A model generated the notes under the pieces. That model made no database searches and was not told the origin of the DNA. It was given only the letters and a program-made list of their open reading frames with translations. The position numbers and the translations under genes were made by a program. A DNA stretch of 64,000 bases from Phoronis australis (Eukaryota; Animalia; Phoronida), in the NCBI GenBank assembly GCA_002633005.1, contig NMRA01000251.1:311997-375996 (forward strand). The letters are read 5' to 3'. Below are positions 13,150-26,500 of the stretch, piece by piece; the first letter of the stretch is position 1; the number at the start of each line of letters is the position of its first letter.

Positions 13150-14280
13150 TTAAGGTCTCAAACTGCAGAACACACACTACACCAAATATTTTCTTACTTC
13201 ATCATCTGCAAATTTATCATGCTACAACCTTCAAACAGATTTCATTAAATTCATTGACCACTGAAACATGGGTGCAAATATTTATAACTAACCTCTGGTG
13301 TCTGATGCAGCAGTTATAAGCACAAGTAGAATTTTGAATATGACAGCTGTAATTTTTGTAAATTATCAGTTGTGCAAATTCATGATGACTATTAAAACAT
13401 GAGACAAGTTTGAAAATAATCTACATGTAATGCCCGTAAGGAATTTATGAGCAGAAGCAGTATTTGGAATACTGCTGTCCTTTATTTATATAAATTATGA
13501 AAATTCATCATGCAACAACTTGTCAACTGATTCCACAGAAACATTGGGTATGGGTAAAGACGTTAAAATAGTTTACTTGGGGTGCCTGGTACTTCAGCTA
13601 TAAGCAAAGGTAGAATTTTGAATAATGGTGGCCTTAATTTGCATATATTATGCAAATTTACGATGTATCCACCAGCATTAAATTCACTGACCATGGAAGC
13701 ATAAGTGAAAACATTAAAGTAACCAGTCTGAAGTGCTTGGTAAGGGCGCTTAAGCAAAATATAATTTTGAATAATGGTGGCCTTAATTTGCATTAATTGC
13801 GCAAATTTATCATACAACAACATGCAAACTGATTTCATTAAACTAATTGACCATAGAAACATAGGTGCAAAAGTAATCTGTGATGATTAGTACCATGGCT
13901 ATTAAAACAAGTAAAATTTTGAATAATGGTGGCCTTAATTTGCATATTAAATTATGCAAATTGACAATGTATCCACCCAAAAACTTTCATTATTAAATTT
14001 GTGGACCATGGAAACATAGATGAAAGCACCAAAATAACCTTCCTGCAGTGCTTGGTAAGGAAATTATAAGCAATTAAAATAAAATTTTGCACGGCCTTGA
14101 TTTGCATAAATTATGCAAATTGACAATGTATTTACCTAATAACTTGCACTATTAAATTCATTGACCATGAAAACATAGGTAAAAACGTCAAAATAATCTG
14201 GCTGCAGTGCTTGGTAAGGAAATTATAAACAAAAATAGAATTTTGCACAATGGCGGATTTAACTTGCATATTTAAAACAC
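13150..14280. repeat. Degenerate ~150-160-bp tandem units carrying palindromic ATTTGCAT..ATGCAAAT motifs
   Basis: aattttgaataatggtggccttaatttgcat...tatgcaaatt recurs at about 13615, 13765, 13915, 14085 and 14240. Confidence 0.75.
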
Positions 14281-14505
14281 TGACCAAGGTTTGCGAACGG
14301 TCACCCCCCTAAATCATGATTAACTATGCTGAGGCAACTTGAAACAGCAAAGAAAAAACTTTATCTGGCAAATCCAGGTTTGTAAAAAAACAGCATTTGG
14401 CTCCCGGACTAAAGGGTGGTATTCTGTGTTCAGGAATTTAAATGGCGAAGATGATAAAGCAAGAGTTTGTCAATGTTTACTCTGATATTGTTTCTTTACT
14501 TTCAG

Positions 14506-14550
14506 ATTGTTGGGAGTCATGGGGCTGTCTATGAAGCATATTTCAAACAG
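14506..14550 (+). CDS. EPS15: EPS15 exon (EH1 start) [15 protein letters not shown]
   Basis: ttcag acceptor, GT donor, 45 nt, phase 0/0; resembles the Eps15 N-terminal 'VYE.Y..Q' helix. Confidence 0.85.
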
Positions 14551-17500
14551 GTCAATATTTCATCCTTTGATATAACTCAGAAGTTTGCAGGGTTTAGTGA
14601 TAGTGGCAATGTATTTTTTTTTAAAAAAAACTTGATGACATAAATCTTTTAATTTCATTTTTTTGTTTAGGAGTTGTTCTCAATGTGAACATATTACATG
14701 CCGACCCGTAAGAGTTATTGACTAATTAGTTAGAACTGGACATTTTGTTGTTGTGATGGAATTGAATAAGCAATGAACAGTGTGTCATTTTGCTTTCAAT
14801 ATACTTGTTACAGGCCGATTTCAACAGCACTGGATCAGTGGGGGCTTTAGATGCTGCAAATTTTATGAAAAAGTCTGGTCTTCAACAAAAAGTTTTGTCC
14901 CAGGTATGAAAGTTAAAAATGCAAAGGTTCTAAAGATGTCATGATTTCCGTTTTCAAAAAAACAGAGAAATCCGTTATAATTTTAACAAGAGAAACTAAA
15001 TTTCTGCTTATTTTCCAATTGGTATGTTTAACTTAGCACATTCTATTTTAAGGATGACTTATTGCATGCCATGTTGATATTTTCTCAAGTGGCAGAAACG
15101 GGGGATAGAACAGCCTTCCCAGTTGAACATGGCGGCTGCTATGTGATCATTGTTCTAGTTGTGTTCAGAATTTATTTAATATGGAAACGAATTTGATGAA
15201 TTGCACTTTTCATTTTGAAAACCCACTAATTTCGTTAAAGAAGTATTGGAACCTGTTTCATTAAAAGTGACTGGAGACATGAGACAGAAATTTGGTCTTA
15301 CGCTCCACACAACTATTTCACTTTGAGCAAAAATGTGAAGTCTCTGAGAATATACACAACTGCTGCTTACTGCAGATAACTTTCTTCAAATTATATCTAT
15401 ACTGTGATGCGTTCATAATTACTTGGCTAAAAAATAATCAAATTGCACTTTGAGCAAAAGTGTGAAGTCTCCGAGAATATACACAACTGCTGCTTACTGC
15501 AGATAACTTTCTTCAAATTATATCTATACTGTGATGCGTTCATAATTACTTGCTGGCTAAAAAATAATCAAATTGCACTTTGAGCAAAAGTGTGAAGTCT
15601 CAGAGAATATACACAACTGCTGCTTACTACAGATAACTTTCTTTAAATTATATCTATACTGTGATGCACTCATAATCATTTGGCTAAACCTTTATTCAGC
15701 AATTGTGAAGCGGGAATGTAAGACCTCATTTCTAGTCTTACTCACTTTCATGAAATGGACCCCAGGAAAACCATGGTCCATCACTACGGGTGGTGGCTAT
15801 CAGTTGTACTTATTTCTGTACCAGGCGAATGGTACAAAAGGTTGTTTAGAACTCAGTAAAATGAGCCCGCTGAATCTGAAATATTGGAAAACATAAAAAC
15901 ATGAAAATTTTGAGACATTCAGATGAGAAAACAGATTGAGTTTGAGTCCAATGCTGGGATTTTCAAAAAGTTTTTATTCCAGTATGAGACTCAAACTTGT
16001 TCTATTGGAAAACATGTTCAATTTCCGAAAGCTGGAGGTGATCACTTGTGGCTTCAGGAATGTGATCACAGTGGGGCCCTCTGAATGTCATACCCGCGGT
16101 TTCTACGTAAATTATGATAATGAGCAGGGTGTTCTAGTAAGTGGGTTTTTACTTCGTAACCACATGTGTAAGATAATCAAGCTAATAGTCTTAGAGTAGA
16201 ACACTCCCAGGTAAACAGGAATTGACTGATTTTATTCCGACGCGGAGATATGACGAGTTAAATGATTTTAAAATGAATTAGGTTAGTTATTAGACAGAAA
16301 AGCGAAGGTGACCATGCTAATAAGCGGATGAGAATCAATTTTGCTGATTTTTTAATGGCAGTATGCAAGAATATGATATAAAAATGAATCGTTACATTAT
16401 GGAGTTTGTTTTATATAACTTTATGTATTTATGTGGAAATGATTTGCTTTTTGACGTTGCATGACAACAACCGAAATATTCTGTCAACCGGTATGACATT
16501 AACTGGGCTTCACTGTATTGAGATATTCTTGATGGCTTACTAAAAGACCGTGAACCACTGCAGATGTTCTACGTTTGAAATTTTGTCTCTTCAGATATGG
16601 GACCTAGCTGACTCCAGTGGCAGGGGATATCTGGACTACCCGAGCTTCTGTGTAGCTTTAAAACTTATAGCGCTAGCTCAGAGTGGTCAAGATACTACAC
16701 ATGCCAACCTGACATCACAAGCTCCCGTGCCAAAACTAGTGAGTGAAACCTATTGAATTTGGTAATTGCCATTTTGAGAACCAGTTTTCTCCACTGAATA
16801 AGGGGTATATCAAACTGGTTCTCAAAATGTGGGACCCCAGGAAGTTGTTATTGCTTCTGAATTAAACCAGTTGTTGAAGAAAGGTACTATGTACAAGGTA
16901 TTCTGAAATTGTACGCCAAGGTCATTACAGTGCCGGGAGTTCAAGTTCAGTTCCCGTAGGTGGACATGGCACCTGGTCCTACTGCATGGTTATGCCTTGT
17001 GAAAGTAGATTAGGCGTCATAGGCGGCGTATGCATGGGAATGGCAAACAAGGGGCTCAGCTTTGGGAAATTGATCACGCAATGCTACTGGAAGCTCAAAA
17101 ACCTCAAGGAAGTGCAAAGATAATTGACCTTTTCTAGTTAGTAAACAATTTATTTTGTGGTTTAAAGACTTAATTCCATTTTTGGTCACCTCTAAGAATT
17201 TAGACCAGTAATCTTGTTCCTACAGTAAATTAATGCAGTTCTTGTCATTTGAAATGTGAATACATTTTTGGGACACCCTGTATTTCTCTGGTAAATTTCG
17301 AAGGAAAAACCTTTTCGTATACTGGGCGTGATTAGTACTGTCAACTAAAATGTGGAGTGACACAAAAATGACACTCAAAATGTCATTGTCATCAATTTTT
17401 AATGAAGCATTCTCACGGATAATAGGTTCCCAAACCGGTCATGTTACTTGGAGTTTTTTCAAGCTCTGCACATGGTGCCTGGCTAGCCAAAATGTTATTG

Positions 17501-20500
17501 CCCTAAATTTTTTATCATACCACATTCGCGCTTTTGTGGAACACAGGTTAAAAATGACGAGATTGGCACTGTGACCTTGAAACCTGGCTGAATTGTATTG
17601 AAAAATTTTTGATGAAGGAACTTAATGTATGAAATGCCCTCGACACATTCCAGGAAACGGTATTCTTGTAATAGTGCTAACACGCTGTTGAGCATCACCT
17701 TTGATGCTTTTTTAAGAATTTGGATTTTTTGTTGAAAATTGTTGTCGAATCTATGGTAAGAGCTATAGTTAATCTGTTCATCAAGTGTTAGGACAATCAA
17801 TTTTACTGCCTTGACAGAGAACAACACCACTGTACAGTATTAGTTATAAGTTGGTCGTGAAGGCCCCTTGGTTGTGTGGTAGTTGAGATGACATGCTTTT
17901 GTGACTGATTGGGGAAGTAAATTCACTTCTCTGTAAGACTCACTACCCTTATTCTGAAGTACTTAGGTTATCAGGGAGAAAGGAAACGAGAGAATCGTGT
18001 CAAAAGGTTAACAGCAATGTGGAGTGCCATTACAAGATTAACTGTAGTCACATACTCTGGCAGTCTGAACTCTTGGGAATCAAATGTATTATTAATATAA
18101 TTGTCAAGTTATCATTTATGGGGACAGTGTTGTCAACTGGTCTCGCAAGGCACTACTATCTCTACTCAAACTGGCAGTAATGTCTCATGTTCAATTGCCC
18201 GTGTCCTTCTGTTCAAGTACTTAATAGACATCTGCATTTCTAGTTCAAGTGTCAGTGATATGGAACCCTCTGTAAGATAATTATTTTTTGACACCCACAT
18301 AAAATTTTCAATTGTGGTCAAATATAGTCAGCATCCCGTCCGTCCATCAGTCCGTTGTCACCTGTGTCAAGTTGATTTTCCTAATAATTACTTGGCTCTA
18401 AAATGTATGGCAACCATTGCAGTTTTACTTTTCCTCAAGAAGTTTTTGTCCGTCAGACTCTGTTTTTGGAAAAATGCCAAAACTTGATAAAAAGGTACAT
18501 TATTTATGAAGGTCGAAATACGCCGGCACCAGTCGGTTTTCAGACAACCAGTTACCATGACCCCATTAGGGATAAACTTTTTGATGAAAAATTACTTTTC
18601 TGTCAATTTTTGATGAGATGACTTAAAAATGTACCGAAACTTTACTCAGAGGTAAATGGTGGGCTGCACCTAAAGGAGTAGCACCCTGTTGGCCATTTTG
18701 GTTTTTGTCACCCCGTAGCACAGTTTCAATCTATCTTCTGTGTATTATTACTTACCAGGAAGTTTTTGCCAGTTTTACAATCTTTATTTCCGTGATTCAT
18801 TTTCAATTCTCTTTCAGGGAGAAGTGAGCACAGCACCCCCACCTGGTGGCCAAGTGCCGTGGACGATTACAGTAAGTTCTGTAACAATTGTATGTTATGT
18901 GATGATTAGTGTTCAGGTGCGGATCTAGGATACCATTGGGGGGGCCACATGTTGCCTTGGGTAATTAGGCAAAGTGGTATTGTATGTGACTGTACAGGCG
19001 GCCCGAAAGTTGCAGGGGCCGAGGATGTGGACTCGGAAATCCATCCATGGACTGTGGACTAAAAAAAGGGGGGGACACGATCCCACCGCAACCTGGGGTC
19101 TGAGCCACCCCCCCCCCCACATCAGCTACCGGTCCTAGTTGCTGAAATCAATATTTCCCTATGCTATTGCTGTTTCATTTTGCTTGCAGCAGCCAAGGGG
19201 GGGGGGGGGGCAGGCCCCCTGGACCCTCCACCCTAAATCCGTCATATTTGGCCAAAGAGGATATTGTGCAATTGTAAGCAAGTATATCCCACATTATTAA
19301 ACATACTCTCTTGAGCTTGGTGAGTTTTACTGAGACGAACACTTAAGGTGGCTTTTGATTTTTCATAAGTTTGTTAAAACCTTCAGTAGACTTGGGCAAG
19401 GTCACATTTTAAATGTCTTGAAAACATTTCAATGACCATCAAACTTGAGTCGTTATCTAAATATTAACAAGTTTTGTGCTTGGACTATGAATTACTTTTA
19501 AGGAGGAGTAATGCAGTCAAAAACACAAGTCACAGACAAAAACCATGGTTCATGGGCGTATAGTTTGATGCACTGGTTGCGCATTTGGTACTGCTGCTAC
19601 TTATTGTGGTAAAATCGGTTAAGTAAGCCTTATTGCACCTTATCTTAACCCTTCAAAATCATTTTTAAGCCTGGTCTGCACGCCACCTGTTAGCCACATC
19701 ATGTGACCTAATGATGTGACCAACAGGTGGCGTGCAGACCAGACCTAAAAGTTTTGTGATCTACATTTCCAGGCTGGTTCAAGATTTGTATTATTCATAT
19801 ACCTTAACCCTCAGAAACATATTGTCTTTGATGCACCATTGAAGCATGTCAACACCTCAGCATCGCTCTTGTGTAATTAGCAGATGCTGTTTTTTGAATG
19901 TTAACTGCTTATTTTGTTCTTTTCACAGCTAACTGAAAAATCAAAATATGACCAGATATTCGAAAGTTTACAGCCCACTAACAACAAACTGGCTGGGGAC
20001 AAGGTGAAACCTGTAAGTTGGAGTGTGAGATATCAGCAGTGCTGTTGTTTCTAAGTTTAAAATATAATCCTTGCGTGGCATCACTTGTTGAAAACGATAA
20101 ATAGGATTTGAGATTGTGTGCGACTATTTCGTGTTGATTGTAATGGCAATTGCAAACATTTTTAAGTCTGTTCAGCACGCCACCTGTGACCACATCACTG
20201 ACCTAATTACATTATATTGATAGTAATGGTTAGCAGGAAGTTCGTAGTCTTTGCTTAATTTGGTATACTGCGCACTGTTAATTCTATTGCTTGTACGCAA
20301 ATAACCCTACTTTCATTTTGTATTGTCTTATTAAAATTGAAGAGCTCAAACCATGTTAATATCTATATTTGAGTTTTCTTAGAAATGTGGTCTTAGAAAT
20401 GTCTTGATTTCTCTTGTCTGAATTATTTGAAAAGTTACTTTTCATATCTTCCTGTAAGCAGGTTTCGTGGAGTGCCTTGCGTACAAGTGTTCATTTGTTT

Positions 20501-23500
20501 GCTGTTCTCTGTGCCATAGGTATTGCTCAACTCCAAGTTGCCCACAGATGTCTTGGGCAGGGTGTGGGATCTGAGTGATATTGACAAAGATGGCAGCTTG
20601 GATAGAGACGAGTTCGCCGTGGTGAGATCCTTATAAAAAATCACCTGGGTCCCCCTAGGTCCTTTTTCAAGACCTCTTGGCTTGTTATGAAAAGTAACTG
20701 AAGGCTTAAGTTAGAAATTTGGCCTCATGCTTCGCACAACAATTTTCAAAAATTACTTAATTATCGTTGGATACCCATAATTGCTAGTTATTCACACATA
20801 ATTTGTAACTATATTGATTTATTGCTATACTGTGATGTGCTAACAGTTTTTCATCTATGACACTGCTGTTGTTTTTTGTGGTAAGGTTGTCAGCTGTTAA
20901 ACAACCGGTGGTATAGCTAACTTGTGATTGTGTTACCTGATTAGTAATCTGTGTTTTATGACTTGAGGTTTGACTTGAGAGTGATCAGATGGCTCGTGCT
21001 GCGAGAATTTTATGCGCAAAAGTTATTGATAGTTTGCAGTGGATCCACGTGTTCAATTGTAATCTGCTTATAAATAAGTGACAAGGGTTGTGTTGCTACG
21101 CTGTTTACGAGACTCCAGGTTTACCATGATATCACTGGATGTTTCTTGGCCGATAACCATCCCACACTGCATTTGAAAGACAACACCAGCGCCGCTAGTT
21201 GATTAAGCCTTGCTGTAGACCGAATTCCCAGAATTATATTGGAAAAATATTCGTCAATTAGTAGTATCAAGGTGGGAGTGTAAGACTACAAAACGGGGCC
21301 ACTTCCAGGTGTTCTGAATGATAATTTGGCCTTTTTAATGGCATAAAATTGGTCTTATGACGTTCCTTGCCATGTGCGTTTCTTTGCAAAAAAGAGTCTT
21401 TTATTTAAAAATTAACCAAAGCAACAATTAGGTTAAGTTCACAGTCCATGCACACACCTCAGGCAAAGAAAAATGTTCAAGCTCTTTCCAATACCTTCCT
21501 GTTCATACAACTAGCAGAACTTCAAGCTTTTATCTCACCACGACCCAACTGGGTACATAAGAAATTTTTTTAAGCATTACTATTTGATTTGTCTTGAACG
21601 TTACACAAGGTCCAGTGCTTGCATTGTTTTCTCAACCAAATCTGAACTCTGTGCTTTATTTTTTTTTCTTCTAATATGTTCCCCTCATATTACAGGCAAT
21701 GCATTTGGTGTACCGAGCTTTAGAGAAGGAACCGGTCCCCTCCAGTCTTCCTAGTGCGCTGGTGCCACCGTCTAAGCGCAAGAAGGCACCATCCCTGCCT
21801 GGTGCTGTGTCTGTGCTGCCAGTCCCTGCTGTATCAGCAGGTGCTACATTAGGGGGCGCTGCTGTAACCAGCGTTAGTAGTAGTATGGTGAGTATAGCCC
21901 GAGGTGTCGCTTCGCATTCAGTGGTTACTAGTAGACTTCATCTGTGAAAAATCTTTGACTGAGGGTTTCCATGGGCTATAATTTGAGAGTGATCAGTACA
22001 GGGTCTATGGACTATATGGTGTAATCATTTCTGTTGCATGTATCAAACCACCTGCCTTCTGTTTTTGGTATATCGCGTGTACTAATTTTGGTTCTTAAAG
22101 ACTAGTGGTTCTCTTCTAATTGAGTCGAGGTTGGGTCTGTGACGAAAGTGTTCACCTAAAACCTGCTCGAGAAAGTTTCTAAGGAAAGTGTATCCCACTA
22201 ATGGCATGGCATTAGTCACAAGTCATGTGTACTGGGGATATGCAGTTGTGTCGTTATCAATGGTGTCTGAAGAAGCATAAAGTTGCGATCATAATAGTTG
22301 TTCATTGTTGTTTGATTATTGTTTGTAGCCACTCACCCCACCATCTTGGGTCGTGACCCCTGGTGACCTTGTCAAGTATGAGGTCGCCTTCAAGACTGCC
22401 GACACAGACAATGATGGCCTGATTACTGGTGGTGAAGTGAGGGACATCTTTATGCAGAGTGGCCTGCCACAGCCACTTCTGGCACACATCTGGTGAGCTG
22501 GGACTCAGTGATAGAGCTATTGTGTATTGTGGACTGAGCTGAGGCTGTGTTAGGGGGCTTATTGAATCCTGTAGGCTTAAGTGGAACTCAGTGAGGGAGG
22601 TTATTTTGTCTTGTGAACTGAGTTGAGGCTGTGTTTGGGGGCTTATTGAATCCTGTAGGCTGAAGTGGAACTCAGTGAGAGAGGTTATTTTGTTTTGTGA
22701 ACTGTGCTGAGGCTATGTTGGGGTGCTTGTTGAATCCTGTAGGCTGAGGTGGGCCTCAGTAAAGGGTCCTATTGAGTCTAAAGGATTGAATAGAAGCTTT
22801 GTGAAGGAGCGTATTTTGAGTGTTGTTGACTGAGCTGGTTCTGAATTTGGAAGATTATTGAATCCTATAGGTTGGGCATAGGTTAGTGAGTCTTATTGAG
22901 TTGTGGGGCTGAGCTAGGGCTCTGTGAGAGAGCTTGATGAGTCTTTTCAGATGAGCTACGGCTGGGTTAGGAGTGACTTTATTATGTGATCCTTTAGCCT
23001 GGGCTGGGGCTCAGTGAAGGGTCTCGCGGACTGAACTTTGACTGAACTAGGGAGTGGTGCTTATTGAGTCGTGTGTGCGAAGCTGAGGCTGAGGTAGGGT
23101 GGCTTTTTGAGTTGTGAAAGTTGTGTTTGATCTAGCTTAGGGTCTTNGAGGGACATCTTTATGCAGAGTGGCCTGCCACAGCCACTTCTGGCACACATCT
23201 GGTGAGCTGGGACTCAGTGATAGAGCTTATTGTGTATTGTGGACTGAGCTGAGTCTGTGTTTAGGCTGAAATGGAACTCAGTGAGGGAGGTTATTTTGTC
23301 TTGTGAACTGAGCTGAGGCTGTGTTTGGGGGCTTATTGAATCCTGTAGGCTGAAGTCGAACTCAGTGAGGAAGGTTATTTTGTCTTGTGAACTGAGCTGA
23401 GGCTATTTTAAGGGGCTTATTGAATCCTGTAGGCTGAGGTGGGCCTCAGTAAAGGGTCCTATTGAGTCTAAATGATTGAATAGAAGCTTTGTGAAGGAGC

Positions 23501-26500
23501 GTAGTGAGTGTTGTTGACTGAGCTGGTTCTGAATTAGGGAGATTATTGAATCCTATAGGCTGGGCTAGGTTAGTGAGTCTTATTGAGTTGTGGGGCTGAG
23601 CTAGGGCTCTGTGAGAGAGCTTAATGAGTCTTTTCAGATGAGCTACGGCTGGGTTAGGAGTGACTTTATTATGTGATCCTTTAGTCTGGGCTGGGGCTCA
23701 GTGAAGGGTCTTGCGGGCTGAACTTTGACTCAACTAGGGAGTGGTGCTTATTGAGTCGTGTGTGCGAAGCTGAGGCTGAGGTAGGGTGGCTTTTTGAGTT
23801 GTGAAAGTTGTGTTTGATCTAGCTTAGGGTCTTCTTTAGTTGTGTTGGCTAAGGTGAGGCTTAGTAATGGGCTGAGTTGGGAGTCATTGAATGGAACTTA
23901 TTGAATCCTGTGGTCTGGACTAGGTTTCAGTGAGTGGTCTTATGGTATCCCGTGAGCTGAGCTGGGGCTGAGAGTTGCGGGGACTTATCGAGTCATGTGG
24001 TCAAATCTGCATTGTTTTGTGTACTGTTGAATATCAGTGGTTCAGTAAGTTTTATGAGGTGACCTTTTAGTGTTCAATATATGCTTAGCAGTGTCACGTC
24101 TTTATGAAATTTTAACTTGCAAAAGAACATTAGAATATCCTGCTAATTAGAACTTTGATAATTCCATGTTTTTAGTGGATAGGGTTTATCAAAATTTTGA
24201 TACTTAAGCCCTCGTCTGTTTTCTAATTAAAATTCTGCCTTTTTGAAATTTGTGCCCATGGGCAATAACTCCAAGTGTAAGTGGTGCTTATCTCAATGAA
24301 AGTTTTATCACATTTCTAAGTAACTCTTAATATGTAAAGTGTTCCCAAATTTGGCGCAGGTTTGAGTTCCGCCAAAATCTGTCCATGTTAATTTTGAAAA
24401 CCACTATGGGTTGCAAAAGCACTGTCAAAATCTCATTGCTTTACTGTGGTGTTACATAATGACAACACTTTCGTCTTGTGGCTTGATAATTGGGACGCAG
24501 AGTGCATCAGTTTGGAAGAGTTAGGCATAGTTCTGTCAAGGACTTAGCATTTTGTTGTCGAAACTGCTGGGTGCACTCAGTTCTGGTGAACAGCCTCTAA
24601 TGCACCATATCTTCTCTTCAGGACACTGTGCGACATTAGTGGCACTGGCAAACTTAACCTGGAACAATTCGCTCTGGCTATGTGGCTGTTGCATCGCAAA
24701 CTTGGAGGCAATGAGCTGCCTCAGACGTTACCGCCGGAGATGGTGCCTCCATCGCTTAGACCCGAGGGGGGCTTGCAGGTGGGTGGAGCTCACGCATAGG
24801 GGGTGGGGGTTAGAATAGTAGTGCTGGTAGTTTGGAGTGGTTGGAGCAGTCTTCACTGTGCGCCTCTTGAAGTAGTCTGTCAGCTCTGTCGTGCATCTTG
24901 ACTTTTGCATTAATTTACTTAATTTGTACCTTTTGTCAATGCACAGTTGATGATTTTTTTGTTTCTGAATGGCAAGGCATTCATCAAACAGTCTAGCAAA
25001 GCTCAGTTTTGCGCAGGATGTCTAGAAATTGGGATGGGGGTGGTTTCTGTTGTTATTTCGCGCGCGACATTTTACTCATTCCACAAAATACAACCAAATC
25101 TCAGCATGAACGCTGCCTGGTGGTAAACCATTCTGATAGTTCACTGTCCTTGAACTTTATTGCAAAATAAAATCACATTGTTTTTTTTTGTATTTGACTA
25201 AACATGTCCTGGTACGATTGTTCCATTGTGCTAAAGGGGCAGTAACCAACTTCCTGTTCCAAAATCGATCTGAAGCTTTCCAGACTCAGGCGAGAATTGA
25301 TGTTTTGTCTTGGGAAGAATTGTCAGGTCGTTATTGTTTCAGCACAGACCGATTTGTGTTGCTTGTCACAGTGGGTTAGCTTCAGTCGCCAGGCCCGTTT
25401 AATCGTCAGGGTAATCCAGGCGATCTATTGTAGCCACATTCAACTCAAACAAAGGATAGGAATACAACGATGTTGCTTGTTTGAGGAAGGTTCATGTTCG
25501 TAATTCCATTACATGGTTTAGAGCGGGTTTGAATTTTTTAGTTGTATCACTTCGCCTCGATTTATTTACCTCAAGCGAGACCGTCTCCAAGCAAGTCACT
25601 GGCACAATTTTTGTAAAAAATTTCTCAAAAAATGTTTTATAGTCCTACAGTCATTAGCTCTAATCTCAGTTTGTGTTTTAGGAAATGATCTATTTCCAAC
25701 CCATACTGTTGCCAAGACAGTGTCTGTCAAAACACTGTCACCAGGTAATACCCCGTTCATGCGTGTGTTCAGTTCAGTAGTTTGGCAGTTTGGGGATGTT
25801 TTGTTATTTACTTATTAAGTTTGTTTTCAGCATGAATTACCGCCAGTTTGTTGCTGAAAAACTAAGCTAAACTGAACAATACCACAAAGAAGATCAGTTC
25901 TGTTTAAAATCCATTACCATGCAGTGTTCTGAAGAAAGTGGCATATAATCGTAATCATAATCATTTGATTTAAAGGTTCTGTAGGACAGTATCTACTAGT
26001 TTGTTTGTTCAGCCAAATATCATGAACAAAACTGTAGATTTTAATTTGTCGGTAAAAGTATACTGTCTCCTTGTTAGATTCAATTTTTGACTTTATACCA
26101 AGCTCCCATTAATAGGGTCACATGAATATGTCTTTTCAGTAAAATTTAGAAAAAAAGTCATAGCAAATCGAGGGTACCAATAACACAACTAAATTTCATT
26201 TGATGTGTTCAAGATGAAATCTCAAAACCCTTTTACAATTTTCCAAGTGCCCATTTCATATTCATTTTCCGTAACTTAAAATTTTTTGTCAGAAAAATCG
26301 TAAACGTCCTATTTTTGAAAACTGTTCAAGCAAAAATGACAACAATTCCCACCAGCATTCTGGGGAATACTGTTTAGAGCATCCAGCTCCGAGATATGAT
26401 ATTCTAAACATGTTTCTGTAGTTCTACATAACCTTAACACGTATAGTGTTGATATCACGTGTCTGGTGAAATATGGAAAGCCACAAAACACTCGTTTTCC

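Noticed and set aside
15319-15688. CRISPR-like array
   Set aside because: Head-to-tail 127-130-bp units without unique spacers, in a eukaryotic intron, with no cas genes
23148-23201. Apparent extra EPS15 EH3 exon copy
   Set aside because: It starts mid-exon right after a single N and has no acceptor; assembly overlap
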